DNA from: Pocillopora damicornis
Lineage: Eukaryota
Assembly: GCF_003704095.1 (NCBI RefSeq)
Contig: NW_020846275.1
Coordinates: 1 to 64,000, forward strand
Length of the DNA: 64,000 nt
Direction: 5' to 3'
This document shows positions 1 to 12,659 of the stretch, piece by piece. The translations under genes were made by a program, and so were the position numbers. The notes below the pieces were generated by a model. The model was not told where the DNA came from, ran no database searches, and saw nothing but the letters and a program-made list of their open reading frames with translations. Each line of letters opens with the position of its first letter. Within the stretch, counting starts at the first letter, position 1.

Positions 1-607
1 CGAGCTCACTTTTCTGGACTGGTAAACAATTTGAGAAGTTTTGGTGCGTGTCCCATTCGTTTTGCCGTTTTCACACTATAGACAAACTCGTGATGAAATT
101 GTTCAGGTTTGGTCGTTACTAATAACGTCACTTTAGCCGTGATGTTATTGGCTGTAAGTCTCAATCACGACTTATCGTAAGTCAGTCGTGATTGGTCAAT
201 TTCGATCCGTCGGTACAGTTAGGTCGTACGGTTCGGTTCGTTTTAAATGTTAATATCGTACATAAGTCGTTTGTATGGAGCCGATAGTAATTGACACCTG
301 TTTAGGGGAGTCTGTAAACCAGCTTTTCAGATTCAGTCGTTGAAAATAATTAGTGCTGCGCAGAGTTTCAGTCAATAGCGTGGTTCGTAAGTCGATCATG
401 TTCAGCAAGTTGATTGTTGACATCACTGACAAATCAGCTTACACCATGCAGTTTTACCACAAGCCGAACAATCAAAGGGCAATTCGTTACTGTAAGCAAG
501 AGTCACCTATTTAAAGAAAAACTTTCAAATGTTATCGTTCAAGACATACACGCACGTAAAAAAACAAAAACGGAATGGTGAGTTCTTTTCTTTTCTCCTA
601 TTAACAG

Positions 608-1641
608 ATGTGTTCAAAGCAGAGGCTGGAAGAAAAATAAAAATCTTGTTTTCGACGAAGGATGCGAAAGGACATCTTTTTTATGAGGCAGATAATCAAG
701 TTGATGTAAGAATTCAGGCTCCGTCAGGAAACTTTGTAAAAAAGAAGATTGAAGACAATCTGAATGGTGACTACACTGTGAGCTTCACATCCGATATTGT
801 AGGTCCGCACAGCGTAACAATTACAGTGAATGGTCAGCCGCTGACTGGCAGTCCCTGGAGTGTAGAGATGTCTCCATATCAATACAAACGTGCGTTTGAT
901 ATAACAGTGGATGAAGGGTCGTTTTCCTCTGCTTTTGCGGTTAACAAGGAGACTAACGAGATCGCAGTCACACGGGATAAATTCATGCTAATACTCAGTG
1001 CTGATCATTCATTCGTAAGGCATTTTTGGTTGGAGGACATCATACTTTCCATGGACTTCACCATAAATGGCAGTTTCGTTGCAATTCTGCTTTCCAACTT
1101 CAACAGAAAATTGTACTTGATTGACAAAAGCGGAGATTCAATTAAAGAAATCGGCCAAGGGTACCTGACACGGCCGGTGGCGGTGTCTGTTTCGCACGAT
1201 GGAAGCATAATCGTTTGTGACTGGGGTAACAGTTCAGTAAAAGTCCTCTCCCCTGATGGTACAAAATTATTACAGTCCTCCAGTGATCCACACTTTCTAA
1301 AATTCCCGCGGTTTTCTGTTTATCATCAGGACATGTTCTTTGTGTCCTATGATTGGCGGGATGCATGCGTCAAAACGTTCAACAAAGATGGAGTGTTTCT
1401 GTATGATATTGGTGGTGAGGGATCCGCCGAGGGACGGTTGACGAGACCAGGTGGTCTTGTCATTGACAAGTTTGACAACCTGATTGTGAGTGAGGATCAT
1501 AATAGGACGCTTAAGGTGTTCACAGTGGAAGGCAACTTTCTTTACAAAATAGAGGTCGAACAGAAAGGAAATTCAATAGCTGCATCTACTACCGGCAACT
1601 TGTATGTCGTTGATGATGACTGTATTCATGTTTTTCAGTAG
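608..1641 (+). CDS. Terminal exon of a filamin-repeat + NHL-repeat protein (TRIM2/3/71-like C-terminal half)
   Basis: ORF 529-1641 has a filamin/ABP280 signature (EDNLNGDYTVSFT..VGPHSVTITVNGQPLTGSPWSV) followed by NHL repeats (RPVAVSVSHDGSIIVCDWGNSSVKVL; RPGGLVIDKFDNLIVSE). A pyrimidine tract plus ttaacag at 607 gives a phase-1 acceptor. A possible short upstream exon is 398-491 (T|gtaagc). Confidence 0.8.
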
Positions 1642-3712
1642 CTAGTGAGCCAGTTACTGTACACCTCGTCAGCTTATCCTCGTCCGGAAAAAAGGCCAAT
1701 AACCCTTCGCTCGTTATCAATGGAAAGGAAACTAAAAAACTTCCTTACTGAAGAGGTTCCTTATGTGACTTAACCACTCTTAACGACTCTTATTACAGGC
1801 ATGGGATGTTTAAATTGTCACAACAGTGTTTGCTTTGAAGAAAACGGTGACGATTTAAGGATGAGGACATCTGAAAGTTCTTTAAACTTTGAGCAAAACT
1901 TTTAAAAACTCCTCTGATATTGCGTTATTTCTGCCTTTTATTCGTTGTTGAATTGTTAAATTTACTTGCGAATCTTATTGTTATCGGTTTGAAAAGACAG
2001 AAAACGTTAATTTGAACAGTAGACTAAAAAATAGTTGGGTAAAATTTATATCTATAAAATAAGAAAAAAACACAACGCAGATGTCACCTGAAGTAACTTT
2101 AAAGATAAAATAGTTGAACGAAGCAAACCGTACAAAGCTCAACGAACGCTCATAGCTGAATGGGATGGCATAATTTACTGTAGCTTTAAGTCTTGGTTTT
2201 TAATTTGAGAAAAAAAACACGATTTGTCATTGTCATTGTCATTGTATTTCTTCACTACTATGTGTAAAGGTCATAACTGCTGCAAAAATAAAGATCAAAG
2301 GCGAAACAAAATTTTTTTTTTTAGCGGTACCTTGTGATCGTGACGAACAGTTCCAAACCATGGTTTTGTGGGCTCCTGATTGAGGTTATAAGGAAATCGT
2401 TGCGATGGTTTCTTGGCTTTTGTTATCAACATCTCGATAATTGAGCTCAAAGGTTTTTCATATGGAAAGGACCAGACTGAAATCTTACTTTTAATTAATC
2501 TAGATCCTCATCGATAATTGAAAATTTTTTTCCGGCTGACCCACAGGGTACCCAGGCTAAGGTCCCGCTGCAACTCTTGCTGTCATGACGTTAACTCCTC
2601 TTCCACACTTTTAACCGTAAAAATGTCCACTAATCATCGAGACAATCTCATTAATTCCCTGTTCCGAACAGTTTATTACAAATACTTTGCAACGGCAGTC
2701 ATACCTAAAATTGTACACCAAACCCCATCCCAGCTTCACCTGATTTACAGTTTTTAAGGCTCTCGCAATTTAATGTTCCGTACAACGAGCCTCAAACTCA
2801 TCTAATAATTCCCAAGCTAAAGGGTAAGAGATAAATATTGTACAATGCTGTATATTGTAAATTTGTATCCATTTACACACGAGCATACTACTACCATTGC
2901 GCGGGGTGGAAATTACTTCATTACGCAGCAGTGATTCCTACTGAAAGCATCACCCAGGGAAATCGTTATGGTTCGGAGATGTGGGAATTTGTAAACAAAT
3001 CCCAAAGGTTTCCCAGGGGAAGAACAAAGTTAGAAAAAAGGTTGCACTCAGTACTGGCGCAAACACATCAGATGAGATATTACTGAAAAAGCTGGCCGCG
3101 AATACAGTCAGCTCTCATTGTCACTGCCCTTGACCAAACGTGAATTATAGAACAGCACAATTGGCTGAAAGCAAACAAAAGGTAGCATACGTAATAGGCT
3201 TTTGATTTAAGTGACACGCACGCGCAGAAAGTCGCGCCCGCGAGAGACGGAGGTCAGTATTGGGGCACACCACTGAGACAAACGGAGCTCTATTTCGCGA
3301 GTCTCTGGTGGGGGCTTTATTAAAAGGTTATCGAGTAAGTTGCCGAACTTTAACATGAACTCGTGAGTAATTGACTAAAAAATTGCAAGGTTAAACGAAG
3401 TAAGCGTGGTCAGTGAGTTACCGCTCACGACCTAAATCTTCTTCTATTATCAGTTACGTTGAGACTTTAAAGCGACGGGTAACGGCGTTGAACACTACCC
3501 CTCTCTGTATGCGCTAGAATGGGGAGTTACTCAGAATAATTTTCCGTGTGAATGATAACAGCTAGAGCTGAGCCATACACTTTCGGGTGGTAAAGATTTC
3601 ACTTACAAACACTTGGTCAAAAAGAAATATGCGCTATATATATAAAATAATTATGATGCGTATTTCAACAAAATAGTACTCAGACTCTGTGTGGAATAAA
3701 TAGCGATTTAGC

Positions 3713-6700
3713 TCACGAATGCGACACATGGTCATCATTAGTAACATTGACTTCTGCTTCTGGCTGCACTGAATCATCGCACCTCTGGCTGTCTTCAGAG
3801 TCTCCTGTTTTTGTCTTCTTAAACCGATGTTGGTGTTCAATCTCGAGGCTCTCTCTTTTGGTCAGCGTTGTTCCCATGGTAACCACACTGAAGGGGCGGT
3901 CAGTCAACAGCGTCTCCGTCGCTTTCGACAAGCAGCAAGGATCACCTGAGCCCGCACACGCCGGATCATCAGATCCAACTGACAAACGACTATTCTCTTC
4001 GCTTGCGCATGTGTAGCTACTCAAGCCACCTAAGATTAGAGACAAGGTTTGTTTGGTCACGTCACTGTTGCTAGTCTTCAGTACCTTCTCCACATCACCT
4101 TCTCCAAAACCGTCGTCGCTATTATTTTCGCTTTCAATGCTGTGAGTAATCGGTGACATGCCATCGTTTGCTAATGTCTGGTGGCCATTGTCAATACTTT
4201 TTTTAACTCCTATCACATCCTCGATCACTCCATCCAACTGATCGCCACCAGCTTCGTTATCATCGATTTCACCCACACTGTCGCTGTCACTTTCCTCACT
4301 TGTACTATCTAAGAAGCTCGTCATGTTTCTTGAGGGGGAGGGGAATGGCGAGTCCATCAATTCGGCACCGTAGAAAATATAACGGCAAGGTGGTTTAAAG
4401 ATGAACCGGGGAGAATCTAGAAATGATGAGTTATGAAAATAAACAAAAATAAAAAAACTCAATATTAGAGAGTTTCTACTACTCCCAGTTAATCTATATT
4501 AGGTCAGAAGACAGTCGATCCGGTTCTTTTCACTGCTGCTATGTGTTAAGTTGCATGGATCTTCCCTAGAAGACTACAAAACTATAAAGAGTATATAAAA
4601 TATACCTTCTTCACATATTGTGCCGTTGTTTGTAGAATGTTTATTTTCTTCTCCAGTAGCTGAAGCTCTCGGATGCTCTCGGTTTAACTCGTCACCAGTG
4701 TCACTACAGCCACTACTCTCACCAACAGTCACGTGACCGTCGAGTTGATTGGGTGTACTTACAGCATCTCGCACTTGCGTTTCATCGTGCAATATGTCTT
4801 CATTGTTTGGTACATTCTGCGGTGTACAAAAGTCAACACATCGTCTAAAAAATACGGCCAATAGTCTGATAATCAATCAATGCTTTAGTTTTAACTTGAA
4901 ATCATCGTCAGGGAAAACAGATTAAAGTAAGGTTAGAAACAGAAGGAAGGGGCAACCACTAATAAAACGAAACCGCTTCTGCTGATAAGAACAAACAATA
5001 CAGTTTGTAGCAATCTTGTTCGGCAATTTTCAAAAGGGTTGTCACGTGACGTCTTTTTTTCCTGTTAACTCGATGATTAGGCCGGTATCGACTGGTATGA
5101 ACCACCACAGTCTTTCTATTTTTGTGCTTCATCAAATTTTAGCGGCAAGTTTAACCATAATTTGTCACGTGATCAGCTGGTCTTTGTAGAGCAAAGGCAC
5201 TCCGGGATTGTACTGGGCTTGCTTCATTTTCTTCAGTTATTGCTCAAGAAAACTAAAATCGATCGCAGCTTAGCCACTCTCAATTTCTCGCAAATGAGAC
5301 AGTTGTTTAATCTGAGTTCTTGTTTCCTCCTTGGAATAATACTTGTTGTAATTGGTCTTCCTGGTTACTTTGATTCTGTTTTTGTTGTTGTTGTTGTTGT
5401 TGTTTGTTATTCTTTAGCACGCAAACAAAAACGCCCTAACACCTATCCATTATACTTACCTCAGACGTTTCTTTCTCTCCCGACGAGTGACCCCTCTCTT
5501 CGATACGTTCCTCAACTGAAGTCAGCTTCGCTGGCAAAGATCGCAATCTTTTCACACAGGGAATTTCCAAATCATCTGACAAACCGCTCCAAGTCCCACC
5601 CAGCCGCTGACAAAGCTCGGAGACGATGACGTCACAGTCGCCCAGTAACTCGACATCAAATGTCAGATGTCTAAGCGGCTCTCTGTTGATAAGCACTTGT
5701 GGAACCTCAGGTGGCACGTGACCTATAGTGAGCAAGGTAAACAAAACTACCATTCACTAAGTGATAGAAATTCATACATCATTAAAATTTCTATCGCTTT
5801 AATCCAAGGTTTCATCTCATAGCACAAATGCCACTACTGTGCACTAAAATATACAGTTGATGCGATCCTACTCTCGATAACTATGAAATCAATGGGAAGC
5901 AATACTTCTTTGCACATGAAAAAATCGTCAGCATCAACAACTAAGAGCCGTTACAAGACACATTATGGTTTATCAAATACTTAACTGGGAGCTGTTTAAA
6001 GGAAGGAAAAGTCTGTTCTCCCTCAATCAATTTCCTAATTTCGTGGACGGAATCGTGAGCGGTTAATAGGAAGGAAAAAGACAATTAACCCTCAAATAAT
6101 TTCCTTTTTTTAGTGGACGGAATCCTACGCTTACACCGGCTTCCGATTAAGTCAACAATAAATATACAAGACAAGATAAATTGTACAAAAACTTACTTGG
6201 AATCAGAGCAACTGGTCGAACTTTTAAGGACGATCCAATGACTATCAGAAGATCAGCCTACAACAGAACAGAACAGTGACACAAGAAACTTCAACTCTGC
6301 TCACTTAGGCCGGGTTTCATAGTTTTCCACGAGTTTCTCTTCCGGAAAACTGTTTGCTTCTTGCAACACATAATGTCCACGAAAAAATATGCAAGCATAT
6401 TTTCGAGCCAAGTGAAGGCTATTGTTTATGTATATGAGATGTTTATCGGGGGATCGCTATAATAGACAGAGCGCAATTAACTCCACCTTCTGATCGCAGA
6501 AGGTAGTTCACTCAATATTACCACAAACAAATGAGGTGATATTCTGCACAAAAAACACTAACCCATCATTTTACATATAAATACCTTTTCTGAATCCTCA
6601 TCCAAGTTGTGATAGAACTCAGAGGGAAGACTCTCGCCAAAGAATACTATATCTAGAATACTCAAGTCAAGAGACCTGTAACTTTCTGAAAACTATACTC

Positions 6701-9700
6701 ATGAGCGAAAGTTAACTCATTCACTATTACTTTTAGCCTCATCACTTCTGAAACAAACATTCACCGTGGCAGTGTATGAATTAATCAGATTCGTGTAATT
6801 CTCGTAAAGAGCATGCAAATGTTCCACAGCAAGGTTCACAACATTGGAGGGGTAAAATTCAACCTTACTCTAGGTCCTTAAAAGTTACATCCTAATAAAT
6901 ATAAGGCTCTTTTGGAGGCAAGATCTAAATTGCCCCAGATAGCATCAGTCCAGGTTTACTGAAAGCAAAGCATCGAACAATACACGGAACATAAATGCAT
7001 TGCTTGTTACTGATCTAACAAACAGTTGTGCAAAAATGGAAGATGTCATCAATATCCTGGATATTAAGAATGAGGAAAATGTTCTTCTTTGGCCTATTCC
7101 AGAGGTAGTTTCATATGAATTTTAAAAGTGAAGTACTATTCAGATTTTTAACACACTTTTGTTGATATAAAAATGTACATGCAACTTCCTATTAATGTGC
7201 AGATCATGTTGCAATGTCTCTGTCAAATACGGTTTTGCTGAAATGTTCAAAGGATACCAGGTTTCATGATAGCAAAACAGCTTCCATCTTGAGGGCACTT
7301 TGGGCAGAGAGGAATGATCTGAAAAAATCACATTAAAACTCTGTCATCATGACTATGCCTAGGGGTGACAAAAAAAAACATCAAAAACAAGTGGTATAAC
7401 CAACGACATTATACCATCTTTCAAAGCCAGGAATCAAGGGTTACAACATAACAAAGAAAATCAATCCTAGCAAAAAATTTAAACAAAAGGTCCTCACATT
7501 TTTAGATCCAGTAAATCAAATGATGAGTGCAAAACAGAAAAATATTGTTTGGTTTCATTTGAGCTGAGTTTGTGCAACATTAGTCTCTGTTGAATTTCAA
7601 ATTCAGACTGCTGCTTTTTTAGTACATTCTCGCAGTTTGGAGTGATACATGTAGGAGTCCACATTGGAAGAACTACAAGCTGCCTTCTGTTACAACCAAG
7701 TAACTGAGCAGGTTGAGAAAAGCTTTCTGAGAGAGCGTCACCTATTAATTCATAATTATTAGCAAAGCACTAGCAGGGTTTGAATCATCCAGTACATTGT
7801 ACTGGACTACAAGCAGTCCCTCCATTTTGGCCAAGTCCGTTGCTGGGTCAAAAGAAAAATCAGAGGAAAAAAAATTGAGAGGAGCTCTTAGATGTCATCA
7901 ATGCACCATGGGAGCTCCATGAGTCAGTTTTGAGTCCCTCACCTATAGAGCTTCAGGGACACATCGGCATCACAACAAGAGCTCCCTGTAGAATGTTAAA
8001 ATCAATTTCGGACATAGCCGAAAAGGAAGGACTGCTCATAGTCTAACACTGTACAAAAAATGCCTTCAAATAGGCTTCAGTTGGGGCAAACCAAGTTTCA
8101 GTAAAAGCCATGTAAAAAAATTATTTTTCTCCTTTTGAATTGTGTGTCATGTATTAGAAAATGCTGTCCGTTTACAACAAAATTACTATGAGAATTTCTT
8201 TCAACAAAACAATAGAAATAAACAAACCTGGTTAAAAATATCATCTCTTATGGCCTCACAAGAAACCTGGTACTTGCAGTTTGTACATGATGCAGTAGAA
8301 AATGACCCTGTGGTTACAGTGTAATTTATCACATTATGTTCCAAAAATCACTGAAGTATTAATAACAGAAAAATTTCAGTTCTCTGCCTGTGTGTATACA
8401 AGTGGTAGAGCTTACAGATAGTTATGATATGCCTGCTGGACAGCAGAAAGGCACAACATCTTTAGGCCACAGAAAAGTAACTGAGTTGTTGTAGTGGACA
8501 AAAAAATTCACTTAATTCATATTTTGTCAACAATGAGTGTACAGGGTGTGAGCACATTGTCAGTGAGACCCCACAAATTACTGAGGCATTGTTTTTTGAA
8601 AGAATGTCATTCCACCCCTAATCACTTTATGCAAAGGAAAAGCTTGGACAGCCATGTTATTTAGTTGCATGTGCAGATCTATTTGCATCTTCTAGTTCTA
8701 CACAGTAAATTAACCATTTACATGCCACAAATTATATGTTGTCCTGTAGAAATAGGCACCCTGTCCAGCATTTGCTTCTTTGAAAAATATTTGACAATGT
8801 CTAGAAAACCTCAAGTTAAAAAGACTTCAAAGTGGAAGAAAAATCTAGCCTCTGAGTAAATTGATGTTAAAGGGGTTACTTAAGGACTAGAAAATTGGAA
8901 CATATGTTATTTTAATTTGATTTTTTCTTATCTAATCTCCAAATGTTTCACCCTGCTTTACCAATCACACTCTTATAGCTAACCATGACATTGTATGACC
9001 CTTGATATGCCAGCAATCTGTTCCAGAGTGTCAATATTCTGGGTATAATTCTTCAAAAGTTGGCCATTCAATTCTAGCTGCCTGATAAATCTGTGACTAC
9101 GGGAAGGTTTAAATTTTCCTGGATATATTTCCTAGGGTAAAAATAATGCATCAAAAGTTAACAAGCAAACAAAAAAAATATATAGCATTTGTGGTGGTTT
9201 GCAATAACACACACTCCTCCACAAATTATGTATTATTCAAAATTTGAGCTTAAATGAAAGTCCATCATGTATTCCTCAAATAACTTGCAATCTAATTTCA
9301 GAAAAGTGGGTGGTGGTTGCTATAAAACACAAGTGGTAAATGATAAGTATATCATCCTGCAATGAAAGCAGTTCCTGTTTCTTAAAGGTGGAGGATCATG
9401 ATGTTTAAGACAATGCAGTCTTTGTTTGAAACAGAGTGCACAAGTTTTGTAACTTTTAATTCATTCTTAACCCTTTAATTCCCAGGTCTGATAACAACTA
9501 CTACCTGATAAGTTTGAGTATTCTCTTTACCCATTTGCGGGATTATGTATAGATACCATACGGAGAAGTTACATGTCAATCACTCCTGGGAGTTAAAGGG
9601 GTAAGAAGGGAATTGTGAGCGATTCTCACTACAAGAAGTAAGTTAAATAAACAAAAGAAATAAGGTGGAGCAAGAAACTGTCATCCTCATTAAATGTTTG

Positions 9701-12659
9701 CTGTCACAATATTGAAAATAGCTAGGCCTAGTGAAATTGACAATTTTCTGGTCCAATCAGGTCCTAAACAATGAGCCAACTTTCCAAACAGAAGCTTTCA
9801 TTTGCCTTGATTCATAACAAGCAAAGATGGATTTACTGTTGGAACTGTTACACTGTATTATAAGTGTTTGGATTAAATGGTATATAGTACATTTGTACAC
9901 TGTGTAAAGGGAAGATGACAGACTCCTGATTACATCCATCCATGCCTACCTGTATGAGTCATTAGATTACAGAAACTGGGCAAACTCTCATCTAATTTAA
10001 TGAATTAATGGACTGTTCTTATACTGTTCATTACAAAGTACATTTACAACGAGCAACTTACTTTTGCAAACTTGTAAAATGGTCGTGGATTCTGACAGAA
10101 GAATGAAATGTCAAACATTGCCTGAGGGTCTGGAAGGTCAGGGTATTCAACACTTAATTTAGCATAGATACCATCTCGAGAGCGAAAGTCTGGAATACCA
10201 CAGGACACTGATACCTGCAATGTAATCATACGACATATCCAGTTTATCATAAACAATGCAGACAGTAAATCTGATAATTTGCGCAAAAAGTTACTGGATT
10301 CTACGTCAATTAAATCCCAAACCAAAGTAAAAACAAATGAACTTCAAACTATGCAACCAATGAGGATTCAATGATTGATTTTTGAAGTGTTAGTACAAAA
10401 GGGAATGAATCAGTGAGAGTGTGAAGTCACCTTAACCAGTTTAAGTTATTTTGCAAACAATATCTGTGGCTTTTGTGGCACAAAAATAAACATACAGATA
10501 CAGTAAATGGTTTAACCTTGTGATTCTCTTGAGAGGGTAAATTTGCATACTTCATCATAAAGAAGCACTATATGGCTATTCTGCAAACAGCTTCCAAGTT
10601 GGCATGCATGAGAACTCAACTGGTCAGTTATTTTTCATCATATTTCACCTCTAACTATATACAATTATTGACTGAATATTGTTGTTGCACACAGGTATAA
10701 GAATTGAAAAAAATATATAATACTAGTAAGAGTAATGTACTCTTACTAGAGAGAAAAGCTACATACCCCAGCTCCAGTTAAAACAACTATGTTCTTTGAT
10801 CCTTTGAGAAGTTCCACAACATCATCAAGAGTATTAAAATGGTCAAGCTTTTGTCTTGGAGAGGGCTCAGTAAGAATGTCAATGATAATCTTCCATAAAG
10901 TTGTTTTATCGAGGTTGGGAGGCTTAAATGAAGAAAATATCATTGAAAACAATAAAGACCACTCAACCAGAGACAATGAAGGACATTTCATATTCAATTC
11001 AATTTTTTAGACCAATTTTGTGCTACAAGTATATAGAGCTGTATCTGACCAGTCACCTCAAATAGTCTGTTATAAAAAAAACTTGCAAAATAGCTGAGAG
11101 AAATCCACAAGGCCAAATCTCATCATCTTGCCTCTTACCACCAGCACAGTGGTATTCATTTTCCATCTCTAATATCTATGTTGATTCACCACATACCTGT
11201 ATAAAAACCACTGAAATGCCAATAAATTCATAACAAGGTCTCAAAAAAGTTTTTTTTAATTACTATCTTAATTTTCACTGAAGATACAAGCTGAAAAGAC
11301 TTATAACTGTAAGAAGAAGGATAGGAATGTTGGTGCAAGTTAAAGTGGGTTTTTTTTTTTTTAATTTTTGAGCAGTTAATGAAACATACACATCCCATGG
11401 GAAATTCATGCCAAAAAGTTGTTAAGTATAAGCAAAATAGTTTTACCAATTGAGCATGGGGTATCATGTAGGTAAGAATATCCTCTGGATTAACATCATG
11501 ACTCATCTGCTGTTCAATCCATCCCATGGGACCTAATATAGCAAATACCAGGAATGATAATCATTAGGAAAGACCAAATTTGAATCTTAATACACCCACA
11601 GGTAGAAACCTCAAGTCTCAAAGTCAGTCTCGAATCTGTTACACAAGCGAGGTATATTGCCGTAAGTATAATTTTGTTATCTGTTTTCATTGAAATGGGA
11701 AATTAAATGTCATGGATTGTCATGGATAAGTTCTAACACCATTCCAAGTCACAAAAGTGATTTCAATACATACACAAAACATTTTTTGTCAACACAGGTC
11801 AATAAAAGTCAGTGAAAGGCTGATGTGGACCTGCCTAATTAAATACAGTAGGATCTGTTGACACTAAAATGTAACTAAGATGTGTTTTTAAGAATAGTAC
11901 TTTTTAAACAAGTTAATAAATACAAAAATAGGTTGAGAAGCTTAGGTATGTATATTGAGTTGGTAACCAGGCTTCACCATGAAATTGATAACAATGAAAT
12001 TCTTTGTTCTTGTTTGTGATCAGACACAACTCTTTGTCAAAGATCAATATGACTATAAGTGCAAATCCTTTCTTAAGACCTTACAAATTTGTGCAAATTT
12101 GCTGTATTCATTATGGAGGGGACAGAGGGTGAAGAAAATTTATTAACTACCACAATCAAGGGTTTCGGTTTCCCAATAGCGCCCAGAGTAGCATGCTTTT
12201 TCGAGGAAAAGCAAGTTTTGATTTGAGAAGTGAAATTTCAAAGCGACCATTTGAAACCGACGAACAAAAACAAAATGGCGGATACAAAAACCGTGTTGAT
12301 GTAATAATTTGCGGGTATTCAAGAGCAAATAAATTATAATTACCGGCAACAGGCTGATAATGATGTTCATCAATATCATCTAAGCCTTCTTCTACGCTGA
12401 AACAAGTCGGAAAGTCGTCAATTTGACGTCTTTCTTGTCCTCCGTGGCCGACATGTTGTTCACGTGACGTAGACTCAGACGACGGCTTTTTCGAATTATC
12501 ACCTTCTCCAGTTGCCGTGAACTGCAATCTGAAATCTTTTTCTGGTTCAAATTTATCTTTATCATCACTATAGCTAATATTTTGAGCGAGAGAAGCGTCA
12601 GATGACAAACGAACCCGCTTTGTGTTGGTGTATTCGTCCATTTCGTCTCGATCCGCCAT
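3713..12659 (-). CDS. SIRT1: NAD-dependent deacetylase sirtuin-1, 12 coding exons, ~768 aa
   Basis: Exons 12659-12344, 11532-11447, 10922-10767, 10214-10062, 9131-8984, 8307-8228, 7318-7258, 6652-6585, 6257-6197, 5722-5460, 4816-4606, 4416-3713 splice in frame (2307 nt). Motifs: GAGVSVSCGIPDFRS, NYTQNIDTLE, QCHGSF, two CxxC, KPDIVFFGE, GSSLKVRPV, LINRE, and the SIRT1 C-terminal regulatory segment (PPCRYIFYGAE). Confidence 0.95.
6653..7257 (-). other. U12-type (minor spliceosome) GT-AG intron, SIRT1 intron 7
   Basis: Donor GTATCCTTT. Branch-like TCTCTTGAC 13 nt before the 3' end (tctcttgacttgagtattctag), with no polypyrimidine tract. Confidence 0.8.
7803..8045. mobile_element. MITE with ~21-bp TIRs in SIRT1 intron 6
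   Basis: tggactacaagcagtccctcc ... ggaaggactgctcatagtcta (near reverse complements). Confidence 0.6.

Noticed and set aside
5162-5629. 155-aa + strand ORF with poly-Val
   Set aside because: Antisense to a SIRT1 exon/intron; the poly-Val comes from a (TTG)n microsatellite.
5999-6125. Two ~60-bp direct repeats resembling a CRISPR-like array
   Set aside because: Only two degenerate units in a eukaryotic intron, with no spacers or cas genes; a simple tandem duplication.
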